20,440 nucleotides of DNA from an uncultured Mycoplasmatota bacterium (GTDB lineage: Bacteria > Bacillota_I > Bacilli_A > RF39 > UBA660), in the NCBI GenBank assembly GCA_947365915.1, contig CANAXT010000025.1:1-20440 (forward strand), given 5' to 3'. Shown piece after piece: positions 7,438-14,144 of the stretch (positions are counted from its first letter, which is position 1; every line of letters starts with the position of its first letter). The position numbers and the translations under genes were made by a program. The notes beneath the pieces are model-generated. The model had not been told where the DNA came from and ran no database searches. It saw nothing but the letters and a program-made list of their open reading frames with translations.

Positions 7438-8457
7438 ATGAATTTAGAAGAAATATTTAGTTTTGAAAATTTATATGTAGCGCATCAAAAATGTAGAAAA
7501 TCAAAGCAACACAAACGAGAAGTAATTAGTTTTGAAACAAATATATCAGAAAATATTTATAAGTTACAAAAAAGTTTAGTATCAAGAAAATATACAGTAG
7601 GAAAATATAAAGAATTTACCATATACGAGCCGAAAGAAAGGCTTATACAAGCTCTTCCATATAAAGATAGAGTAATATTGAGATGCTTTTGTGATATAGT
7701 TTTGATTCCCAAAATAGAAAGTAAATTGATCAATGATAATGTAGCTTGTAGAAAAACAAAAGGAACAGATTACGGAATGAATCGTCTAGCCTTTTTTCTA
7801 AGAAAAGAATACATGAAAAAGAATGACAATAAAATTTATTATTTAAAATGTGATATAAAGAAGTATTTTCCTAGTATAGATCATGAGATACTATTAAAAT
7901 TATTAGAAAAAATCAATTTTTCGAATGATGAAAGATGGTTTATAGAGAAAATAATTAGAGAACAACCAGATAAGGCCAAAAAGGGATTGGCGTTAGGGAA
8001 TCAATCCAGTCAATGGTTCGCTTTATATTATTTAAATAGAATAGATCGATTCATTAAAGAAGAACTAAGAGTAAAATGGTATGTAAGATATATGGATGAT
8101 TTTATACTAATACATAGAGATAAAAAATTTTTACAATATTGTTTGTTAAGAATTGATGAAGTTTGCAAGCAAGAATTGAATATAGAATTAAATAAAAAAA
8201 CACAAATTGGACGAGTGTGTAATGGAATTGATTTTTTAGGATTTAGACATATACTTACAAGTAATGGAAAAATCATAAAAAGGCTTCGTCGCTCTTCGAA
8301 GAAAAGAATGATAAAACATATGAAAACAATATGTAAATTAAAGGAAAAAAGTATAATTGATGAAGAGTATATGAAAATGAGAATAAATGCTTATAAGGCG
8401 CATATTAAATATTCAAATGAGAAAAGATTAAAAGCTGAATTAAAAGAGTGGGAGTAA
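7438..8457 (+). CDS. DGR-class reverse transcriptase
   Basis: - **N-terminus:** ENLYVAHQKCRKSKQHKREV.
- **Early motifs:** YEPKERLIQALPYKDRV and ACRKTKGT.
- **DGR-diagnostic motif:** LALGNQSSQWFALYYLN ([ILV]GxxxSQ) at 7993-8013.
- **Catalytic motif:** YVRYMDDFILI, with YMDD at 8089-8100.
- **Late motif:** GIDFLGFR.
- **Start:** ATG 7438 is preceded by AGGTGA at 7428-7433, so the TTG at 7396 is unlikely to be the start. Confidence 0.9.
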   Translation: MNLEEIFSFENLYVAHQKCRKSKQHKREVISFETNISENIYKLQKSLVSRKYTVGKYKEFTIYEPKERLIQALPYKDRVILRCFCDIVLIPKIESKLINDNVACRKTKGTDYGMNRLAFFLRKEYMKKNDNKIYYLKCDIKKYFPSIDHEILLKLLEKINFSNDERWFIEKIIREQPDKAKKGLALGNQSSQWFALYYLNRIDRFIKEELRVKWYVRYMDDFILIHRDKKFLQYCLLRIDEVCKQELNIELNKKTQIGRVCNGIDFLGFRHILTSNGKIIKRLRRSSKKRMIKHMKTICKLKEKSIIDEEYMKMRINAYKAHIKYSNEKRLKAELKEWE

Positions 8458-8512
8458 ATATATTCAAATTAGAACTAATTCGTCTTAAATAAAATACATT
8501 TATACTATTTTA

Positions 8513-8521
8513 TGATATAAT
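8513..8521 (+). promoter_or_regulatory. Possible extended -10 element (TGaTATAAT) upstream of ATPase copy 1
   Basis: TGATATAAT lies 21 nt upstream of the start codon. The -35 is poor (AATACA). The same -10 region is retained in diverged form upstream of copies 2-4. Confidence 0.4.
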
Positions 8522-8541
8522 ATAAAGCGGTGGTGAGAGTT

Positions 8542-10425
8542 ATGTTTGAACAACAATTAACATTAATGTCTGAAGGACAAATATGGGGAAATGATCAAGA
8601 AGCCCAGTTAGAAGTGATAAAAAAGTATGGATCAAAAGCGGCCATAACAGATCTAGCAATATTAACAGGTGCTTATGTGTGTGAAGATACTACCCGAAAT
8701 ATCAAAGAGGATAATAGTTTATCTGGAAGAGTTGGTTGGCAATGGACTCGATCAGATGATAGATATGGAGATGTCCTCGATGTCTCATGTACTGGAGATA
8801 AGAACATCAAATTTATCTGCTATCGCGCTGGTGTTATTCGTCCAGTTTTACAATCTTCTAACATTTTTTCATTAATTGTACCAAACAGAGTGAGAGGATA
8901 TAACGAGACAGAAGAAGTAGAATATGGAGAATATCCTCAGAATGCAGTAGAAAAAAATATGCAACAGCAATTAGGATCGGAATATATATCTGGAAATCTT
9001 TGCAAAACAGGAAGAAATTATACATTTGATTCTAGAAAGTATGATGATTATAGTAATGGTTTTTTAGGAATTACCTATGATGAATATGAATATGCAGGAA
9101 AAAAGTATATTCGAGTTCAAGCCAATTCTTGCTATGGTGGAAATGAATTTCAATTATCCAATGAAGAAAAATATAAAAATGGAGATTATGTTTGGATTGA
9201 AGTCCAACCAGTTAAATGGTTAATTGATGATAGAACAGGATTACTAATTTCTAAAAAAGGACTGCTATCAGGAATTCGATTTCTTGAGCGGGAGTCTAAA
9301 TATAACGGAGATTTTGATACAACTGAAATGAAAATGTATCTCGATGAACATATGTCAAAAGATTTATTTCAAACAGCATCTTTGAATTTGTCACAAAAAC
9401 CAAAACCTCAAAAAATAAAAAATCCTTATGGATTTGATTTTGGACAAGTGAGTGAAGAAGAAATTATTAAAGGTGCAATAGAAAGTAATGTACCAGTATT
9501 CTTACACGGACCCTCATCAGAGGGAAAAAGTGCTAGAGTCAAGCAAATTGATCCAACATGTGAGATTGTGTATTTGAGAAATGCGACACCAGAAAGTTTA
9601 AATGGAAAAAGTGTCTATAACGCAGAAACAGGAGAAATGATTGACATAGAACCAACATGGTTAAAAAAACTAAGAACCAAATGCGAAACAGAGCCAGATC
9701 GCTTACATATCTTATTTTTTGATGAGATCACAAATGCTTTACCAAGCATTCAAGGAAGTGCTTTTAATATCGTACTAGATAAAGAAGTAAATGGGACTTG
9801 GAAATTACCAGAAAACGCAAGAATTGTAGCTGCAGGAAATGAAATGAAGGATTCTCTAGCAGCGAACAAGTTAGCAGAACCACTATTTAATAGGTTCGCC
9901 CATGTTTATATTAAAACAACAACCGAATCATGGTTAAAATGGGCAAGTGAAAATAACATTCACCCAGCAATATACTGCTATATCGCCTATAAAAACGGAA
10001 CTACATTAAGAAGCAAATATGATGGAGAAAAGCCAAATGCGGATCCAAGAAAATGGGAAATGGCATCAAAAATGTTATATGCTACAAAAAATCCAGAGAT
10101 GTTACGAGCATTAGTCGGAGAAGAAATCACAAAAGAATTTGTAGCATTTTGTAAACAACAAGTAATTACATTAGAAGATGTAATTAATAGAAATTATACA
10201 AAAGAAAGTTTAGAACAATTAAATGTAGCTGAAAAAAGTGCAACCATTATAGGATTATCAGCTGTAGGAATAGAACACCTAGAAGAAGTAAGAGACTTTG
10301 CTTACTTCTTAGGAAAAGAATTTGGAGCCACATTTGATACCTTATGGGCTCATGGAGAAGAAGAAAGATTAGAAATGATTGCTGAACTGAAATTGCAAAA
10401 TAAACAAGGAGGTGTCAAAAAATAA
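8542..10425 (+). CDS. N-terminal putative ligand-binding domain fused to a MoxR/AAA_5-type ATPase (copy 1, putative DGR target)
   Basis: - **Size:** 627 aa.
- **ATPase half:** Walker A GPSSEGKS (9508-9531), Walker B ILFFDE (DE at 9721-9726), sensor-1-like IVAAGNE and EPLFNRF.
- **N-terminal ~290 aa:** GWQWTRSDD...GVIRPVL and WIEVQPVKWLIDD...LLISKK motifs, reminiscent of W-x-L-R-S / G-V-R-P-A-L domains of Firmicutes.
- **Start:** ATG 8542 (MFEQQ) is shared by all four copies and preceded by GGTGGTGAG. Confidence 0.9.
   Translation: MFEQQLTLMSEGQIWGNDQEAQLEVIKKYGSKAAITDLAILTGAYVCEDTTRNIKEDNSLSGRVGWQWTRSDDRYGDVLDVSCTGDKNIKFICYRAGVIRPVLQSSNIFSLIVPNRVRGYNETEEVEYGEYPQNAVEKNMQQQLGSEYISGNLCKTGRNYTFDSRKYDDYSNGFLGITYDEYEYAGKKYIRVQANSCYGGNEFQLSNEEKYKNGDYVWIEVQPVKWLIDDRTGLLISKKGLLSGIRFLERESKYNGDFDTTEMKMYLDEHMSKDLFQTASLNLSQKPKPQKIKNPYGFDFGQVSEEEIIKGAIESNVPVFLHGPSSEGKSARVKQIDPTCEIVYLRNATPESLNGKSVYNAETGEMIDIEPTWLKKLRTKCETEPDRLHILFFDEITNALPSIQGSAFNIVLDKEVNGTWKLPENARIVAAGNEMKDSLAANKLAEPLFNRFAHVYIKTTTESWLKWASENNIHPAIYCYIAYKNGTTLRSKYDGEKPNADPRKWEMASKMLYATKNPEMLRALVGEEITKEFVAFCKQQVITLEDVINRNYTKESLEQLNVAEKSATIIGLSAVGIEHLEEVRDFAYFLGKEFGATFDTLWAHGEEERLEMIAELKLQNKQGGVKK
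8782..8851 (+). repeat. Candidate variable repeat (VR) 1, codons 81-103 of ATPase copy 1
   Basis: It aligns without gaps to TR 7161-7230 at 54/70 identity. 11 of the 16 mismatches lie at TR adenines. Confidence 0.55.
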
Positions 10426-10796
10426 TGAAAGAAAAAAAAGAAGTATTATTATCTTATATGCAAGCCAATGTTGCTCCAATATTGGTAGACTTTATGACAG
10501 GAGAAGAAATTGGAGCTTCAATAATACTAGATGCCAAAATAGAAAAAACAGAATTAAACGGCCATTATGAAGGATTAGAATATTGTCCACCAAACTGGTT
10601 TACCAAGAATCCAAATCTATTAGTGATAGATAAAATAGACAAAATCGATAAAGAGGAACAACTAAAATTTTATGAATTATTAAAATATAGAAAAATATCA
10701 ACATTTGAATTATCGCCCAACTGTATTATCATTGTAACTGCCAAAGAAACAAAAAAGATCCATAAAGAATTGTATTCTTTAATGGCACAAATATAA
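10425..10796 (+). CDS. Small AAA+-like fragment protein lacking a Walker A motif
   Basis: The 123-aa product contains LLVIDKIDKIDKEEQLKFYELLKYRKI...NCIIIVTAKE, which looks like a Walker-B / sensor-1 segment of an AAA+ core (DKID instead of DEID) with no P-loop. Its ATG overlaps the upstream stop (TAATG), and AGGAGGTG at 10407-10414 serves as the SD. Confidence 0.7.
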   Translation: MKEKKEVLLSYMQANVAPILVDFMTGEEIGASIILDAKIEKTELNGHYEGLEYCPPNWFTKNPNLLVIDKIDKIDKEEQLKFYELLKYRKISTFELSPNCIIIVTAKETKKIHKELYSLMAQI

Positions 10797-10805
10797 AGGT
10801 GACTT

Positions 10806-12125
10806 ATGAAATATGATATTGAAGCAGTCAAACGAAAAATGTTGATTAAATATCCTTTTTTTGGTAGTGTCACTGCCAATGTAGACTATAAAGAAACAGT
10901 AGAAATAGATACTATGGCAACGGATGGAGAGACAATATATTATAATCGAAAATATGTAGAAACACTAGATCAATCAGAACAGATTTTTGTATTTGCGCAT
11001 GAAGTATGTCATATCGCTTTTAATCATATCATGAAAAGTGATGGAAAAGTTCCAAAAATATGGAATATGGCAACAGATGCAGTAATCAATCAATGGTTAA
11101 AAAAAGACAAATTAACAATGCCTCAGTCTGGAGTAAACATTGAAGATGCAATAAATTATGATGCCGAAGAATTATATGAAAAATTACTAGAAGAACAAGC
11201 AAAGAATCAACAAACGAAAAAGAATACAGAAGATCACCAATCTCAAGAACAACAAACCGAGGAAAAAGAAGAACAAGATGTTGGTCATGATACACATCGT
11301 ATGTGGCCAGAAGCAGTAAAAAAAAGAAAGCAGGAAGAAAAAACAGAAAATTCAGGAGAACAAAAACAAAATGATGAAGAAGAAAATGTAGTACGACAAA
11401 AACAAAAAGAATTAGAAAAATTGGGAGAAAGTGAATCTTTTTCAAAAAATCGTGAACTTAAAAAAAGAAATTTAGAAGAATTAAAGCGAGAAATTATAGA
11501 AAGTTCTCTACAAGCTGGAACAAAAACGAATGGAGAAACAAGAAGCTTAGAAAACATAGGAGCATCAAAACCACTAATTGATTGGAGATACATATTAAGA
11601 GAAACAATAAATTATGAAGTGGATTGGTCGTATAAAAATGCAACAATAGAAGATGGAGTTGTTACTCCATATTTAGAAGAACAACAAGTTCCAAAAACAG
11701 AGATTTTACTAGATACTAGTGAATCAGTCTCAACAGCATTGTTAAAAAACTTTGTAAGAGAATGTAAAAACATAGTGCAATATTCTAAAGTAGAAGTTGG
11801 TTGTTTTGATACAAGATTTTATGGATTTCATGAAATTAGAACAGAAGAAGACATAGAAAAAATGGACTATCAAGGTAGAGGAGGAACAGACTTTAATGTA
11901 GCAGTAGAAGCTTTTTCAAGAAGGGTAGAAAATAAAATTATTTTTACAGATGGACAAGCCCCTATGCCAGAAATGACAATCGATGCAATTTGGATTGTGT
12001 ATGGTGGTAAAAAGATAAAACCACGTGGTGGAAGAGTAATTCATATTACAGATGAACAACTGAAAAAATTACAATTTGGCGAGAAATCAAATGAATTAAA
12101 TGAAAACAAAAATAAACTGAAGTAA
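10806..12125 (+). CDS. DUF2201-type putative zinc metallopeptidase (HExxH) with a C-terminal VWA-like domain
   Basis: - **N-terminal part:** YPFFGSV...MATDGETIYYN...FVFAHEVCHIAFNH (HEVCH at 10998-11012)...WNMATDAVINQWL. This resembles the family I recall as Pfam DUF2201_N.
- **Linker:** E/K/Q-rich low-complexity region.
- **C-terminal part:** LLDTSESVS...GGTDF...IIFTDGQ, a VWA-like, MIDAS-like D-x-S-x-S pattern.
- **Context:** This is a typical partner of MoxR AAA+ ATPases. Confidence 0.85.
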   Translation: MKYDIEAVKRKMLIKYPFFGSVTANVDYKETVEIDTMATDGETIYYNRKYVETLDQSEQIFVFAHEVCHIAFNHIMKSDGKVPKIWNMATDAVINQWLKKDKLTMPQSGVNIEDAINYDAEELYEKLLEEQAKNQQTKKNTEDHQSQEQQTEEKEEQDVGHDTHRMWPEAVKKRKQEEKTENSGEQKQNDEEENVVRQKQKELEKLGESESFSKNRELKKRNLEELKREIIESSLQAGTKTNGETRSLENIGASKPLIDWRYILRETINYEVDWSYKNATIEDGVVTPYLEEQQVPKTEILLDTSESVSTALLKNFVRECKNIVQYSKVEVGCFDTRFYGFHEIRTEEDIEKMDYQGRGGTDFNVAVEAFSRRVENKIIFTDGQAPMPEMTIDAIWIVYGGKKIKPRGGRVIHITDEQLKKLQFGEKSNELNENKNKLK

Positions 12126-12131
12126 AATAAA

Positions 12132-12159
12132 TTGACTTTTAAGCAATTTATGATATAGT
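12132..12159 (+). promoter_or_regulatory. Putative sigma-A promoter of ATPase copy 2 (TTGACT-N13-TGaTATAGT)
   Basis: The -35 TTGACT is at 12132-12137 and the extended -10 TGATATAGT at 12151-12159. It lies 7 nt after the stop of the VWA gene. Confidence 0.6.
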
Positions 12160-12177
12160 AATAAGCCGGTGATGATA

Positions 12178-14061
12178 ATGTTTGAACAACAATTAACATT
12201 AATGTCTGAAGGACAAATATGGGGAAATGATCAAGAAGCCCAGTTAGAAGTGATAAAAAAGTATGGATCAAAAGCGGCCATAACAGATCTAGCAATATTA
12301 ACAGGTGCTTATGTGTGTGAAGATACTACCCGAAATATCAAAGAGGATAATAGTTTATCTGGAAGAGTTGGTTGGCAATGGACTCGATCAGATGATAGAT
12401 ATGGAGATGTCCTCGATGTCTCATGTACTGGAGATAAGAACATCAAATTTATCTGCTATCGCGCTGGTGTTATTCGTCCAGTTTTACAATCTTCTAACAT
12501 TTTTTCATTAATTGTACCAAACAGAGTGAGAGGATATAACGAGACAGAAGAAGTAGAATATGGAGAATATCCTCAGAATGCAGTAGAAAAAAATATGCAA
12601 CAGCAATTAGGATCGGAATATATATCTGGAAATCTTTGCAAAACAGGAAGAAATTATACATTTGATTCTAGAAAGTATGATGATTATAGTAATGGTTTTT
12701 TAGGAATTACCTATGATGAATATGAATATGCAGGAAAAAAGTATATTCGAGTTCAAGCCAATTCTTGCTATGGTGGAAATGAATTTCAATTATCCAATGA
12801 AGAAAAATATAAAAATGGAGATTATGTTTGGATTGAAGTCCAACCAGTTAAATGGTTAATTGATGATAGAACAGGATTACTAATTTCTAAAAAAGGACTG
12901 CTATCAGGAATTCGATTTCTTGAGCGGGAGTCTAAATATAACGGAGATTTTGATACAACTGAAATGAAAATGTATCTCGATGAACATATGTCAAAAGATT
13001 TATTTCAAACAGCATCTTTGAATTTGTCACAAAAACCAAAACCTCAAAAAATAAAAAATCCTTATGGATTTGATTTTGGACAAGTGAGTGAAGAAGAAAT
13101 TATTAAAGGTGCAATAGAAAGTAATGTACCAGTATTCTTACACGGACCCTCATCAGAGGGAAAAAGTGCTAGAGTCAAGCAAATTGATCCAACATGTGAG
13201 ATTGTGTATTTGAGAAATGCGACACCAGAAAGTTTAAATGGAAAAAGTGTCTATAACGCAGAAACAGGAGAAATGATTGACATAGAACCAACATGGTTAA
13301 AAAAACTAAGAACCAAATGCGAAACAGAGCCAGATCGCTTACATATCTTATTTTTTGATGAGATCACAAATGCTTTACCAAGCATTCAAGGAAGTGCTTT
13401 TAATATCGTACTAGATAAAGAAGTAAATGGGACTTGGAAATTACCAGAAAACGCAAGAATTGTAGCTGCAGGAAATGAAATGAAGGATTCTCTAGCAGCG
13501 AACAAGTTAGCAGAACCACTATTTAATAGGTTCGCCCATGTTTATATTAAAACAACAACCGAATCATGGTTAAAATGGGCAAGTGAAAATAACATTCACC
13601 CAGCAATATACTGCTATATCGCCTATAAAAACGGAACTACATTAAGAAGCAAATATGATGGAGAAAAGCCAAATGCGGATCCAAGAAAATGGGAAATGGC
13701 ATCAAAAATGTTATATGCTACAAAAAATCCAGAGATGTTACGAGCATTAGTCGGAGAAGAAATCACAAAAGAATTTGTAGCATTTTGTAAACAACAAGTA
13801 ATTACATTAGAAGATGTAATTAATAGAAATTATACAAAAGAAAGTTTAGAACAATTAAATGTAGCTGAAAAAAGTGCAACCATTATAGGATTATCAGCTG
13901 TAGGAATAGAACACCTAGAAGAAGTAAGAGACTTCGCTTACTTCTTAGGAAAAGAATTTGGGGCTACATTTGATACATTATGGACTCACAGAGAAGAAGA
14001 ACGATTAGAAATAATTGCAGAACTGAAAGCAAAACAAAAAGAATATAGAATTGCTATATAA
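12178..14061 (+). CDS. Ligand-binding domain / MoxR-type AAA+ ATPase fusion (copy 2)
   Basis: The product is identical to copy 1 at the protein level through residue ~590. It then has a diverged C-terminal tail (TLWTHREEERLEIIAELKAKQKEYRIAI). ATG 12178 is preceded by GGTGA. Confidence 0.9.
   Translation: MFEQQLTLMSEGQIWGNDQEAQLEVIKKYGSKAAITDLAILTGAYVCEDTTRNIKEDNSLSGRVGWQWTRSDDRYGDVLDVSCTGDKNIKFICYRAGVIRPVLQSSNIFSLIVPNRVRGYNETEEVEYGEYPQNAVEKNMQQQLGSEYISGNLCKTGRNYTFDSRKYDDYSNGFLGITYDEYEYAGKKYIRVQANSCYGGNEFQLSNEEKYKNGDYVWIEVQPVKWLIDDRTGLLISKKGLLSGIRFLERESKYNGDFDTTEMKMYLDEHMSKDLFQTASLNLSQKPKPQKIKNPYGFDFGQVSEEEIIKGAIESNVPVFLHGPSSEGKSARVKQIDPTCEIVYLRNATPESLNGKSVYNAETGEMIDIEPTWLKKLRTKCETEPDRLHILFFDEITNALPSIQGSAFNIVLDKEVNGTWKLPENARIVAAGNEMKDSLAANKLAEPLFNRFAHVYIKTTTESWLKWASENNIHPAIYCYIAYKNGTTLRSKYDGEKPNADPRKWEMASKMLYATKNPEMLRALVGEEITKEFVAFCKQQVITLEDVINRNYTKESLEQLNVAEKSATIIGLSAVGIEHLEEVRDFAYFLGKEFGATFDTLWTHREEERLEIIAELKAKQKEYRIAI
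12418..12487 (+). repeat. Candidate VR 2
   Basis: By visual comparison it has the same 70-nt sequence as 8782-8851. Confidence 0.5.
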
Positions 14062-14099
14062 AAAGTATAGTGATTTTTTTAAAAACCTAGTAAAATGAA

Positions 14100-14127
14100 T
14101 TGACTTTTAAACAATTTATGATATAGT
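14100..14127 (+). promoter_or_regulatory. Putative sigma-A promoter of ATPase copy 3
   Basis: TTGACT-N13-TGATATAGT. This is a duplicate of the copy 2 promoter with one base substitution in the spacer. Confidence 0.6.
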
Positions 14128-14144
14128 AATAGCCGGTGATGATA

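Noticed and set aside
7074-8457. Retron interpretation (structured ncRNA with flanking inverted repeats next to an RT)
   Set aside because: The RT has the DGR-type LGNQSSQ motif rather than retron-type motifs. An Avd-like gene precedes it. The non-coding region shows adenine-biased similarity to a nearby coding segment. In addition, the ncRNA lies between avd and the RT, as in DGRs.
7438-8457. Group II intron or other mobile retroelement
   Set aside because: The 339-aa RT has no maturase X or endonuclease domains. I recognised no intron domain V/VI-like structure and no interrupted host gene.
8669-8875. A 68-aa ORF present four times (8669, 12305, 14272, 16239)
   Set aside because: It lies out of frame inside the ATPase genes and has no SD. 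It is repeated only because the host gene is repeated. Its sequence looks like typical off-frame translation.
11086-11593. Antisense ORFs of 119 and 102 aa opposite the VWA gene
   Set aside because: They are F/L/S-rich products of the reverse complement of the GAA/AAA-rich linker. The sense-strand gene has clear family motifs and the antisense ORFs have none.
14054-14080. Possible terminator between tandem ATPase units (CTATA...TATAG followed by T7)
   Set aside because: The stem is only 5 bp and A/T-only with a 7-nt loop. That is too weak to call. Read-through between units cannot be excluded.
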